From positions 77,891 through 141,890 of the IMG/VR virus record IMGVR_UViG_3300033802_000252: a stretch of 64,000 nucleotides of DNA; one strand, given 5' to 3'. Source of the stretch: a virus. Each line of letters starts with the position of its first letter. Position 1 is the first letter of the stretch. Under the pieces are notes generated by a model. That model ran no database searches. It was not told the DNA's origin and saw only the letters and a program-made list of their open reading frames with translations. A program made the translations under genes and the position numbers. Below are positions 49,482 to 59,143 of this stretch, piece after piece.

Positions 49482-50279
49482 TTGGAACTGAGGGATTTGG
49501 TTAATCAAAGCTATTATTATACAAATAAAGGTATGCTGTTTCAAGGCGATACTATTGAATGGATGAGTAAACTACCAGATAATTCGATTGACATGATCTT
49601 GGCTGATTTACCATATGGTAAATTGGCTCATAAATGGGATTCGATTATTCCGATGGAGTCATTGTGGAACCAATATAAAAGAATTATTAAGAATAATGGG
49701 GCAATAGTATTATTTGGAATTCAGCCATTTACATCAATGATAATAGGAACGAATTTAGAAATGTTTAAATATACGTGGGTGTGGGATAAAGGGAAAGCAG
49801 GTAATGTTTTTACAGCCAAACTGAAACCATTACAGACACATGAAGATATTATTGTTTTTAGTAAGGGAGCAGCCGCTAACGGTAGTAAAAAAAATATGAA
49901 ATACTTTCCCCAAATGGAGCAAATGAACAAACCTAGAAAGTATAAAATATACAATCAGGGAGAAAGTTTTTATAGAAACAGTACGAGATCTATAGAATAT
50001 GTCACAGACAAGAAATATCCAAAATCTATTTTGTATTTCCCTAATACCGATCAAAAAAACAAGGTTCACCCAACTCAAAAACCAGTTGCACTTTTTGAAT
50101 ATTTAATTCGTACATATACAAACGAAAATGAAATTGTATTAGATAATACATCAGGTTCAGGCACAACAGCGATTGCTGCTGAGAATACAAATCGAAGATG
50201 GATATGTATTGAAAAAGAAATAAAATATTGTGATATAACAGTTGATAGATTGAAGAATCTACATAGCGAAGTGAATTAA
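49482..50279 (+). CDS. N6/N4 DNA methyltransferase
   Basis: LADLPY, HPTQKPV, DNTSGSGTT. Confidence 0.9.
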   Translation: MELRDLVNQSYYYTNKGMLFQGDTIEWMSKLPDNSIDMILADLPYGKLAHKWDSIIPMESLWNQYKRIIKNNGAIVLFGIQPFTSMIIGTNLEMFKYTWVWDKGKAGNVFTAKLKPLQTHEDIIVFSKGAAANGSKKNMKYFPQMEQMNKPRKYKIYNQGESFYRNSTRSIEYVTDKKYPKSILYFPNTDQKNKVHPTQKPVALFEYLIRTYTNENEIVLDNTSGSGTTAIAAENTNRRWICIEKEIKYCDITVDRLKNLHSEVN

Positions 50280-50505
50280 ACTAAGACAAAATCATTCTTT
50301 AAATGAAAGGATATGAGAGAGATTGAAGCATACATAGTATTGGCTATTGAATATTTTGATTTTGGTGAATATGAATGCCACATTAGTGTAGATGGTCTTG
50401 TGCTTCATACAAATGTAGATAATAATAAAAGGCTAATCGGATTTTAGTGTGGAATCGATAGTTTTTTAAATTTCGAGTTTAGCAGTTAAAAGTTCGGATT
50501 ATGTT

Positions 50506-50853
50506 GTGGAAAGGAGCGGTTCGATTATACAAACTGATGCTTCACGTTATGAAATACTGCAAGATATCGACAAAGCGTTAGAACGTATGGAAAGAAAGGG
50601 ATATAGGGATACCGTTCATTATGAGAGGTTGAAGGCTAAAAGAGATGCAATTGCGAGTGGAAAACCATATTTCAAATATGATGTAGCTCCATTTTTGATT
50701 GCTTATGTAGGCTCTTGCATTCCTAAGTGTAACTTCAAAGATGTAGAGCGTAACAATTTGATTAAGCCTCGCGGCGACAGGACAAAAGCGGTTGTTTCTA
50801 CTGTCGCAGAAATGTCTAAGTATCATCATTTAGAAATGGCGGAGGTGATGTAA
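50506..50853 (+). CDS. Hypothetical protein
   Basis: 115 aa ORF. Confidence 0.55.
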   Translation: MERSGSIIQTDASRYEILQDIDKALERMERKGYRDTVHYERLKAKRDAIASGKPYFKYDVAPFLIAYVGSCIPKCNFKDVERNNLIKPRGDRTKAVVSTVAEMSKYHHLEMAEVM

Positions 50854-51009
50854 TTTGAAAAATAATCACTACGCCTTTTGTAAAACGGAATGTCTGAAAT
50901 ATAAAAACTGCAAAGGCAAAGACGATTGCTCGGGTTGGGAAGGTAAGTCAGTTCCGATTTGGGCTTGCATAGAAACCGTTAATAAATTAACCAAAAGGGG
51001 GACATTAAA

Positions 51010-51233
51010 ATGAGAGTTCCGTACACTTTTGAAGAGCAAGGATGCTGTTTACCGAGGGCGTTAGGAAAACAAAGAAGCCTAAGTTTGACAAGATAGACCT
51101 CAGACCTAACCGCCAAATCCTTGTTGGAGTGCCTAAGATTGATTGGGATGCGTTTTTCAATCGACAACCCGAAAAAGACGCTGGAGCAGATATTTCCACA
51201 ATCATTCGCTTGTACGAAGAGGGTCTTTTATGA
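51010..51233 (+). pseudogene. Small gene, probably frameshifted near 51040
   Basis: RBS-supported ATG gives MRVPYTFEEQ; the sequence continues as MLFTEGVRK in another frame. Confidence 0.4.
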
Positions 51234-51343
51234 CATTCTTCCCACAACAAAATCCGAATACCCAATAAAATTAAATTATAGAAGTTGCGGAATGGTTAAA
51301 TAATGTCTTTAATCAGTGACAAATATAGGAGGGAAATATAAGT

Positions 51344-51559
51344 ATGAATGAGTTCGTATCTAATGAACAAAATTCAATTTCACGGGATCAAGAAACGATT
51401 ACAATTTCAAAAAGGGAATATGAAGAATTGTTGAAGAAAGTTCATTTCCTGGAGTGTCTTGAGGCATGTGGTGTTGATAATTGGGAAGGCTATGATGAGG
51501 CATGGGAATTGTACGAAAATGACGAAGATTTTATTGATGTTGGAGTAATAAAATTGTGA
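51344..51559 (+). CDS. Conserved small phage protein
   Basis: ITISKREYEELL....FLECLEACGVDNWEGYDEA. Confidence 0.75.
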   Translation: MNEFVSNEQNSISRDQETITISKREYEELLKKVHFLECLEACGVDNWEGYDEAWELYENDEDFIDVGVIKL

Positions 51560-51866
51560 GAATTAGGTTTGTAATTATATTGGCATTGATCGTGTTTTCA
51601 GCTAAAAATAACTTATGAAGGGATGATGATAAAGGCAATTCATTGCCGAGAATCTGCTAGATGAATCTTCTTTCGGAGGTAATGGAGATTATGCTATATG
51701 GGCAGTTCCTTTTAAAGAAATTTTTGAAAGAATATTAGAAGGTGCTGAAGATGGGTTTTGTAAGTATATAAATGACGATGAGTAGAAATAAATATAGGGC
51801 TAATTAAAAGATTAAACAAAACAATTTATCACAATTAGTGAGATTGAAAGGGGGGTGAAACTTTAA

Positions 51867-52085
51867 GTGTCGCTTGGTGTTCTCGAAATAAGCACATCTT
51901 CTTCGTCTACTAGTAACATAAAGACACCTTGGTATGTGGTGTACAATGCAATACTTACACCTTTTCTCAAAGATAGAGGTGTATACGAACACGAGGTTGT
52001 GAAGAGACGCGATAACTTGTCTGATTTGACAAATATCGTGAATAAGTTAGGTAGTGTAATGGTCAAAAAAAAGAAAAAGGGGTAG
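51867..52085 (+). CDS. Hypothetical protein
   Basis: RBS GGGGGTG. Confidence 0.5.
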   Translation: MSLGVLEISTSSSSTSNIKTPWYVVYNAILTPFLKDRGVYEHEVVKRRDNLSDLTNIVNKLGSVMVKKKKKG

Positions 52086-52184
52086 AAGAAAGATTAGTTT
52101 GACTTGAGTACGTGTGGTGAACACTGATTGGTAATATTCACCACGGAACATTAATAAACGAACATAAAAAGAGGGAAGAAAAAT

Positions 52185-53453
52185 ATGAAATTACCTACTT
52201 TGATTACCAAACGTAACGGAAAAGTAGTAGATTTTCAAATTGATAAAATTACTCAAGCTATAACCAAAGCAGGAAATCAAACTGGAGAATTTGATATTGA
52301 AGAAGCAAAACGACTAACTCAAAAGGTATTAAAAATGATTAAACAACGTGGAGATTATGAAAATCTAACAGTAGAAACCATTCAAGATCTCGTAGAACTG
52401 GCTTTACTTGAATCAAAATACAAAATTACAGCTAAAGAATATATTATTTATCGTGAAAAAAGGAAACAAGCAAGAACACCTGATATTTTTAAATTTCGGT
52501 TAAATCTAAAACCATATGAATACCCTGATCTTGAAAAATACAAAGAAGCAATTCAACATTCTTATTGGTTACATACAGAATTTAATTACACTTCTGACAT
52601 TCAAGATTATAAAGTAAATGTATCTGATGTGGAGAGAAGTGTAATTAAAAATGCGATGCTTGCAATCGCTCAAGTTGAAGTATCAGTTAAAACTTTTTGG
52701 GGTGATTTGTATCATCGACTACCAAAACCAGAGTTGGGTTCAGTAGGATATACATTTGCCGAAAGTGAAGTTAGACATCATGACGCATATTCTCACTTGC
52801 TTGAAATTCTAGGGTTGAATGAAGAGTTTGAGAAAATCAAAGAAATCCCTCAATTAATGCAACGTGTAGATTATTTAACTAAAAGCATTGCTCTTGCTCG
52901 AACAGGAAATGATAGGGACTATGCGCTGTCAATACTACTTTTTTCTTTGTTTATTGAGCATGTATCACTATTCTCTCAGTTCTTGATTATTATGTCGTTT
53001 AACAAATATCGCAATATCTTTAAAGGTATGTCTAATGTAATTGAAGCAACATCAAAAGAAGAGCAAATTCATGGATTGTTCGGGATAGAATTGATTAATA
53101 CAATTCGAAGAGAACATCCAGAATGGTTTGATGATCACATGGAGCAATTAGTTACACAAGCTTGCAAGGAAGCTTATGAGTCCGAGCAAATTGTAATTGA
53201 TTGGATCTATGAAGCTGGTGATTTGGATTTCTTGCCCAAAGCAACAGTTAAAGAATTTGTTAAGAATAGGCTGAATAATTCCCTTTTGAATGTAGGATAT
53301 AAGCCTGTTTTTGAAGTTGACAAAGCAGCGGTCGAAACAACAGATTGGTTTGACGATGAAATTGTTGCTACAAAGCATGTAGATTTCTTCGCAAAACGAT
53401 CTATTAATTACAGCAAACGTACTCGTAGCATTACAGGCGATGATTTATTTTAA
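52185..53453 (+). CDS. nrdB: Class I ribonucleotide reductase beta subunit with N-terminal ATP-cone
   Basis: ITKRNGKVVDFQIDKITQAI...VETIQDLVE..L...AKEYIIYR cone; ESEVRHHDAY, EHVSLFSQF, KEEQIHG di-metal ligands; DFF near the C-terminus. Confidence 0.9.
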   Translation: MKLPTLITKRNGKVVDFQIDKITQAITKAGNQTGEFDIEEAKRLTQKVLKMIKQRGDYENLTVETIQDLVELALLESKYKITAKEYIIYREKRKQARTPDIFKFRLNLKPYEYPDLEKYKEAIQHSYWLHTEFNYTSDIQDYKVNVSDVERSVIKNAMLAIAQVEVSVKTFWGDLYHRLPKPELGSVGYTFAESEVRHHDAYSHLLEILGLNEEFEKIKEIPQLMQRVDYLTKSIALARTGNDRDYALSILLFSLFIEHVSLFSQFLIIMSFNKYRNIFKGMSNVIEATSKEEQIHGLFGIELINTIRREHPEWFDDHMEQLVTQACKEAYESEQIVIDWIYEAGDLDFLPKATVKEFVKNRLNNSLLNVGYKPVFEVDKAAVETTDWFDDEIVATKHVDFFAKRSINYSKRTRSITGDDLF

Positions 53454-53474
53454 TAAAAATAATGGAGGGAATGT

Positions 53475-55145
53475 ATGAATTGGCTAAATGAATATAGCAG
53501 ACTCTTTTTATCTCGTGGATACCTGACTGAGGGAGTTACACCTGAACAACGCATTAGAAATATTGCTAATACAGCAGAATCAATTTTAGGGATTGAAGGA
53601 TTTGCAGATAAATTTTATGGATATATGGAGAAAGGATTCTACTCGTTATCTACCCCAATTTGGGCGAACTTTGGTACAAATAGAGGATTGCCCATAAGTT
53701 GTTTTGGATCATATATCCCCGATTACATGGGTGGGATTTTGTATACACAAGCAGAAGTAGGGATGATGAGTAAGTTTGGTGGAGGTACATCTGCTTATTT
53801 TGGGGAATTGCGACCAAGGGGGGCAGAGATCACTAATAATGGTCAATCTTCTGGTTCAGTACACTTTATGAAGTTGTTTGAATCAATTATTGATGTTGTT
53901 TCACAAGGAAGCACCCGGAGAGGAAGATTTTCTCCCTACTTGCCAATTGATCATCCAGATATTGAGGAATTTTTGCAAATTGGTACAGAAGGGTTTCCAA
54001 TTCAAGAGCTAACTCACGCAGTGATTGTTCCAGATTATTGGATGAAGGAAATGATTGAAGGAGATACTGCAAAACGAGCACTCTGGGCAAAAGTAATCCA
54101 AAGGCGTGTTGAGATTGGTTATCCCTATATCCTCTTCATTGATACGGTAAATAGAAATACTGTGGATGTTTATAAAGATAAAAAGATTAAAATACATCAT
54201 AGCAATCTTTGTTCTGAAATTGCATTGCCAAACAATGAAGAATGGTCATTCGTATGCAATCTATCTTCTATGAATTTACTGCACTATGACGAATGGAAGA
54301 ATACAGACGCAGTAGAAACAATGATATTCTTCCTAGATGCAGTAATGACTGAGTTTATCACAAAATTGGAACAACTTCGAGATTCAAGTTCAAAAGAAGA
54401 TAATCAAGCGTTTTACTTTATGGAACGTGCCTATAATTTTGCAAAAGCAAATCGTGCATTAGGTTTAGGTGCGTTAGGATGGCATTCATATCTTCAGTCT
54501 AAAATGATTCCCTTTGAAAGTTTGGAAGCCAATAAATTGAATGCGCGTATTTTTAGCTTTATTCAATCAAGAGCTTATGAAGCATCTAAAAAGTTGGCTG
54601 AATTATATGGTGAGCCAGAAGTGCTAAAAGGGTATGGACGAAGAAACACTACCCTGACTGCCATTGCGCCAACTACAAGTTCGGCGTTTATTTTGGGTCA
54701 AGTCTCACAAAGTATTGAGCCAATTTGGTCTAATATTTATGTTAAAGATGTTGCCAAGATGAAAGTTACTATTCGAAATCCTTATCTACAGAAGGTATTA
54801 CAATCATATGGAAAAGATACAAGAGAAGTATGGAATAGCATTCGTAACAATGACGGATCTGTGCAACATCTCGACTTCTTAACAGATCATGAAAAAGAAG
54901 TATTCAAGACATTCAGTGAAATTGATCAGTATGTCATTATTGACCAAGCATCTACTCGACAACAATTCTTAGATCAAAGTCAATCATTGAATTTAATGAT
55001 CAATCCTACAATGTCAGCAAAAGAGATAAATGAGTTGTATTTATTTGCTTGGAAAAGCGGAGTTAAAACATTATATTATCAACATAGCACAAATGCAGCC
55101 CAACAATTTAGCAAAAATAAACTGTGTGTTGTTTGTGAAGCATAA
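53475..55145 (+). CDS. nrdA: Class I ribonucleotide reductase alpha subunit (no ATP-cone)
   Basis: LPISCF, SNLCSEI, VCNL, IAPTTSS, QSQSLNL, KTLYY, C-terminal CVVCEA. Confidence 0.95.
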   Translation: MNWLNEYSRLFLSRGYLTEGVTPEQRIRNIANTAESILGIEGFADKFYGYMEKGFYSLSTPIWANFGTNRGLPISCFGSYIPDYMGGILYTQAEVGMMSKFGGGTSAYFGELRPRGAEITNNGQSSGSVHFMKLFESIIDVVSQGSTRRGRFSPYLPIDHPDIEEFLQIGTEGFPIQELTHAVIVPDYWMKEMIEGDTAKRALWAKVIQRRVEIGYPYILFIDTVNRNTVDVYKDKKIKIHHSNLCSEIALPNNEEWSFVCNLSSMNLLHYDEWKNTDAVETMIFFLDAVMTEFITKLEQLRDSSSKEDNQAFYFMERAYNFAKANRALGLGALGWHSYLQSKMIPFESLEANKLNARIFSFIQSRAYEASKKLAELYGEPEVLKGYGRRNTTLTAIAPTTSSAFILGQVSQSIEPIWSNIYVKDVAKMKVTIRNPYLQKVLQSYGKDTREVWNSIRNNDGSVQHLDFLTDHEKEVFKTFSEIDQYVIIDQASTRQQFLDQSQSLNLMINPTMSAKEINELYLFAWKSGVKTLYYQHSTNAAQQFSKNKLCVVCEA

Positions 55146-55171
55146 AATATTCGAAATAAATTTTTAACATA

Positions 55172-55213
55172 CTATATATAGTGGTTGAGATACACTCCAA
55201 CCACTATATATAG
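55172..55213. repeat. Perfect 16-bp inverted repeat
   Basis: CTATATATAGTGGTTG-AGATACACTC-CAACCACTATATATAG. Confidence 0.85.
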
Positions 55214-55250
55214 ATATAAAATTACGATAAAAGGATGGTTTTAAAGGTAT

Positions 55251-55847
55251 ATGAAACTACATATTAATCAGACAGTGTGGTACACAAAAGCAAAGAAGAA
55301 AGCGATTGTTAAGGAACTATTGAAGAATGGCTTAATTCGGATCACATACTTTGATCCAAAGACAGACAAACGCATTATTAAAGATGTATTTAAGGAACAC
55401 CTGGTTAGATTCAAGAAACCCCTTGAAATTAAAGTGAAATACTTTACAGACATTGAAAAGATTAAACCAATTTCCATTGGCTCTTGGATCGATTTGCGAG
55501 CAGCCGAAACTATTGAGCTGAAAGCAGGGGAGTTTAAACTTATTCCCCTTGGCGTTGGAATGAAGTTGCCCAAGGGATATGAAGCTAAAGTAGCTCCTAG
55601 ATCCAGTACATTCAAAAACTTTGGAGTGATTCAAGTTAACTCGCCTGGAGTAGTTGATAATGCATACTCTGGAAACAATGATCAGTGGTTCTTCCCTGTA
55701 TATGCCTTGCGAGATACTGTAATCGAAAAGAACGATAGAATCTGTCAGTTCCGCATCCAACGAGAAATGCCAAAACTTCGATTCGTTGAAGTTGATAGCC
55801 TTGATAAAGTTGATCGTGGTGGTCATGGGAGCACTGGTAAACAATAA
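55251..55847 (+). CDS. dut: Trimeric dUTPase with ~55 aa N-terminal extension
   Basis: [34 protein letters not shown]. Confidence 0.9.
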   Translation: MKLHINQTVWYTKAKKKAIVKELLKNGLIRITYFDPKTDKRIIKDVFKEHLVRFKKPLEIKVKYFTDIEKIKPISIGSWIDLRAAETIELKAGEFKLIPLGVGMKLPKGYEAKVAPRSSTFKNFGVIQVNSPGVVDNAYSGNNDQWFFPVYALRDTVIEKNDRICQFRIQREMPKLRFVEVDSLDKVDRGGHGSTGKQ

Positions 55848-55939
55848 TAATTAATAAGAAGAAGGTGGTGCATGAGCCACCTTCTTATATCTTCAAATCA
55901 AATAGAAGATTTGAAAATGAAGATGGGAGTAGAAATGAA

Positions 55940-56122
55940 TTGAAACTTTTATTGTATGCACTCAGATGGCAAGCAAGTACGCCAATATTGTATTTGGTTA
56001 TTCAACTATTACCGTTCGGCAATCTTACAAAGACAATCATTGCAAATCTAATTGGGTCACTTATTTTCTTTTATGTGGATGCTTGGATTTTTAATAAGAA
56101 AAAAGGTGATAAAACTGTTTAA
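55940..56122 (+). CDS. Small membrane protein
   Basis: YALRWQASTPIL...ANLIGSLIFFYVD.WIF. Confidence 0.65.
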   Translation: MKLLLYALRWQASTPILYLVIQLLPFGNLTKTIIANLIGSLIFFYVDAWIFNKKKGDKTV

Positions 56123-57023
56123 CTATGATACATTATACAATTCACTTGCAAAAAAAATAATAGAAAAGGGTAAATGGGATAAAGATCAATCTGTAAGAAC
56201 GCAATGGGCTGACGGATCTCTAGCTTACACCAAAAGCATTCTTAATGTACAAATTAAGTTTGATAATTCAAGTGAAATTGCTCCTTTGCTAACTACAAAA
56301 CAAGTACCCATCAAAGATCCGATCAAAGAGTTATTTTGGATCTGGAGAGACAAGTCCAATAAAGTTGATGATCTAAGAAAAATGGGATGCAACGTGTGGA
56401 ATGAGTGGGAAAGAGAAGATGGTACTATTGGTAAAGCTTATGGATGGCAACTTGCTAATAAGTACAGACGCGTAACCATAAATTCAGCGTTAAAACAAAT
56501 GATGCAAAATGAAGAATTGAAATCGGTACTTATCAGTGGTGATTATGCTTTTCTTGACCAAGTGGATTATTTGCTTTATATGCTAAAGTACAATCCATAC
56601 TCCAGACGTATAAAAACAACTCTCTGGTGTGTCGAAGATCTTGATGAAATGGCTCTCGAACCATGCGTATATGAAACGCATTGGCAGTTGTGGGACGGGA
56701 AATTACATTTGACCGTAAATGTACGCAGTAACGATATGGGACTCGGAACCTGTTACAACGTGTATCAATACAGTGTCTTACACAAACTCATTGCTCAAGT
56801 AACTGGTCATAATGTTGGTTCAATCTGCTTTAACATAGACAACTTACACCTGTATGATCGTCATATTCCGTTTATAGAAGATCAAATTAAGCGTCAACCA
56901 TATGAACCTCCACGCATATGGATTAATCCTGAAATAAAGAGTTTCTACGATTTCAATATCAACGATATCAAAGTCATTAATTACAAACACCACGAAAAAA
57001 TACAATTGGAAGTTGCTATTTGA
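56106..57023 (+). CDS. thyA: Thymidylate synthase
   Basis: RTQWADG, PLLTTK, KELFWIW, YGWQ, LEPCVY, RSND.GLG...N..QY, LHLYDRH; start GTG 56106 or CTG 56115. Confidence 0.95.
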   Translation: MIKLFNYDTLYNSLAKKIIEKGKWDKDQSVRTQWADGSLAYTKSILNVQIKFDNSSEIAPLLTTKQVPIKDPIKELFWIWRDKSNKVDDLRKMGCNVWNEWEREDGTIGKAYGWQLANKYRRVTINSALKQMMQNEELKSVLISGDYAFLDQVDYLLYMLKYNPYSRRIKTTLWCVEDLDEMALEPCVYETHWQLWDGKLHLTVNVRSNDMGLGTCYNVYQYSVLHKLIAQVTGHNVGSICFNIDNLHLYDRHIPFIEDQIKRQPYEPPRIWINPEIKSFYDFNINDIKVINYKHHEKIQLEVAI

Positions 57024-57046
57024 TTAAAAATAAAAAATAAAATGTA

Positions 57047-57106
57047 TTGACCAATTAGTTAAATGGTGTTATCTTTAGTGTAGTATATGATACTACACTA
57101 TTTTTT
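57047..57106 (+). promoter_or_regulatory. SigA-like promoter followed immediately by an 11-bp hairpin and T-tract
   Basis: TTGACC-17 bp-TATCTT with TG; TAGTGTAGTAT-ATG-ATACTACACTA-TTTTTT. Confidence 0.55.
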
Positions 57107-57129
57107 ATTGAGAGGTGAAGTTATGACAT

Positions 57130-57702
57130 ATGGTTGAATTTAATTCACTCAATCCAGAACTCAATACGAAACAAATTATAATGACCGAGCACGCTTACGA
57201 GAGAGTGGCAGAACGATTAGGATTAAAAGATCGAAAACAAGCATTGGGTCAAATTAGAAGTATGCTACGCACAGCAAGGAGAATTGGAAATGTAATTAAC
57301 AGTGAAGGAGAAGAGTCTGTTTTATATGCATTCGGTCGAGTAGCGATATACCTAACAACTGATTTATCTAGGGTAAAAACAGTCATAAAAATGGATGATT
57401 TGTCATATTTAATTTATAGAGATAAAATAAAACAAATGTATGATAAAGAACTAAGGAAGTTAGAGCGATCTGAAAAATCGAAGCGAAGAAAATTAAAACT
57501 CGAAAAGCTAAGATTAAATGCAGAAATTGCTCAACTACAATATCGAATGGCAAAGACAAGATCCGAAAAAGTAAAAAAAGAATCTGAGGAGCAAATAAAA
57601 AACTACATATCATATTTAGAAACGTTAGAAATAGAATTAAAAGAAATTTTGGCAAGCAAATATACTGTTGCGAAAGCTTTAGTTACTCTATGCGAAAAAT
57701 AA
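57130..57702 (+). CDS. Hypothetical protein (MT.HAYER..ERLG motif, coiled-coil tail)
   Basis: 190 aa ORF, RBS GAGGTGA. Confidence 0.7.
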   Translation: MVEFNSLNPELNTKQIIMTEHAYERVAERLGLKDRKQALGQIRSMLRTARRIGNVINSEGEESVLYAFGRVAIYLTTDLSRVKTVIKMDDLSYLIYRDKIKQMYDKELRKLERSEKSKRRKLKLEKLRLNAEIAQLQYRMAKTRSEKVKKESEEQIKNYISYLETLEIELKEILASKYTVAKALVTLCEK

Positions 57703-57712
57703 AAGGAGTGCA

Positions 57713-57946
57713 ATGGCTATGAAATTATCTGAGCCTGCTAAATTTATCATCTCTTTGTTATTAGCCAATGGAGAACCAAGATCAACGAATTTTATTATAG
57801 GCAATACATATAAAATATATAATAAAGAATTCAAAGCGACTGAGGAGTTGTATGATGAATTAGTTAGATATAGAAATTACATTCCTGGCCCTTATAAAAT
57901 CAATCGACATGGGAAAGTTGTTAATTTAATCGGAACGAAAATATAA
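57713..57946 (+). CDS. Hypothetical protein
   Basis: RBS AAGGAG. Confidence 0.6.
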   Translation: MAMKLSEPAKFIISLLLANGEPRSTNFIIGNTYKIYNKEFKATEELYDELVRYRNYIPGPYKINRHGKVVNLIGTKI

Positions 57947-57969
57947 AATAACAAAATGGAGTCGATGAT

Positions 57970-58242
57970 ATGGAGTATTATGTATTGTTTCGTTATAACC
58001 TCACTGGGGAAGAAGAATTAACCTGTATCAGTGAAGACCAATTAATGATTGTCAAAGAAGCACTCCAAAGAAGTAAAAACGACTGTGAGAATTTTTACAG
58101 ATTGGAAAATTGGATAGATGATATACTAAAATATCCATTTAGATATTTCAAAAATGGAAAAGAAACAACTGATGAGATCAAAAGCTTGATATTGAATGGT
58201 ATTCAAAGTACATATAAAAGAGATTGTCAAAATATGCAATAG
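57970..58242 (+). CDS. Hypothetical protein
   Basis: RBS GGAG. Confidence 0.55.
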   Translation: MEYYVLFRYNLTGEEELTCISEDQLMIVKEALQRSKNDCENFYRLENWIDDILKYPFRYFKNGKETTDEIKSLILNGIQSTYKRDCQNMQ

Positions 58243-58381
58243 TACGATGATGTTGCAAACAGGGAAAAACTACTTAGATTTTAATTATCAATTCGAATTT
58301 TGGATAGAGTGTCCAGAGTGTGGATTTGTAACAGACGTAGTATTGGATACATTAGATGAGGAAGGAAGATTTATTCAATGA
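58196..58381 (+). CDS. Small zinc-ribbon protein
   Basis: CNS...WIECPECG; ATGA overlap with the next gene. Confidence 0.5.
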   Translation: MVFKVHIKEIVKICNSTMMLQTGKNYLDFNYQFEFWIECPECGFVTDVVLDTLDEEGRFIQ

Positions 58382-58959
58382 CCAATTATAGTGACAAGCA
58401 GAGAGAAATTAGAGAGCGCTGGTTTAAAAATCACAAAGCCACATTAACACAGCACGGAGATTTACAAGGGCTTGAATGGAGACAACCAGGAACCACTACT
58501 TATTCTTGTCGTTATGTATTCGATGGGAATAACGTATACATTAGTGGAGATATTGGTGAAGCAGTGTTTTGTCTGACTTGGAAAGCCACCATTCATTCTT
58601 TTGATGATGTTCATATCAATTGTTTTTACGAGAAGCTTGTAGCATATAGTGGGAATCTAATGGATTACAACTCGATAAAAGCGTCACAAAGACTATTGGA
58701 ATGGAAACAAGATCTAGATAACGATTGTATTGAATACGATGAGAACGAAATGCGGTATTTGATTCAGGTTGCTAAAAATTGCAGTAGCAAAGAAGAATGG
58801 GCTTATGAGCATGTAAATAATACATACCATGATTTCATTTATGATTTGGATCAAGATTGTTGGGAATGGATCTATAATATTGGCGATGAAATACCTTGGA
58901 GAATACATGCATATTTAGTTGGACTTCAAATGGCATCGGAACAATTAAAAGTGAATTAA
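58378..58959 (+). CDS. Conserved hypothetical phage protein
   Basis: WF..HKA....LEWRQPGT..Y...Y.F.GN.VYISGDIGEAVF.LTW. Confidence 0.75.
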   Translation: MTNYSDKQREIRERWFKNHKATLTQHGDLQGLEWRQPGTTTYSCRYVFDGNNVYISGDIGEAVFCLTWKATIHSFDDVHINCFYEKLVAYSGNLMDYNSIKASQRLLEWKQDLDNDCIEYDENEMRYLIQVAKNCSSKEEWAYEHVNNTYHDFIYDLDQDCWEWIYNIGDEIPWRIHAYLVGLQMASEQLKVN

Positions 58960-58977
58960 TAAAAGAGTGTATATATA

Positions 58978-59139
58978 ATGGTATATTGGATTAAACGATT
59001 AATTTGCAAAGTAAAAGGTCATAAATGGTCTATCTATACTGTTTCAACCGGATATTGGAGTTATGACATAGAGCAAGCAGGATATTGTAAACGATGTAGA
59101 TATGACACTCATGGAGAGTATTATAAAAAGGATGATTAA
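58978..59139 (+). CDS. DUF1660-like small protein
   Basis: [12 protein letters not shown]...CKRC. Confidence 0.5.
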   Translation: MVYWIKRLICKVKGHKWSIYTVSTGYWSYDIEQAGYCKRCRYDTHGEYYKKDD

Positions 59140-59143
59140 TAAA

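Noticed and set aside
42786-55145. Introns or inteins in dnaE, nrdA or nrdB (as occur in SPbeta-like phages)
   Set aside because: Catalytic motifs are contiguous, with no intein C...HN signatures or interrupting ORFs
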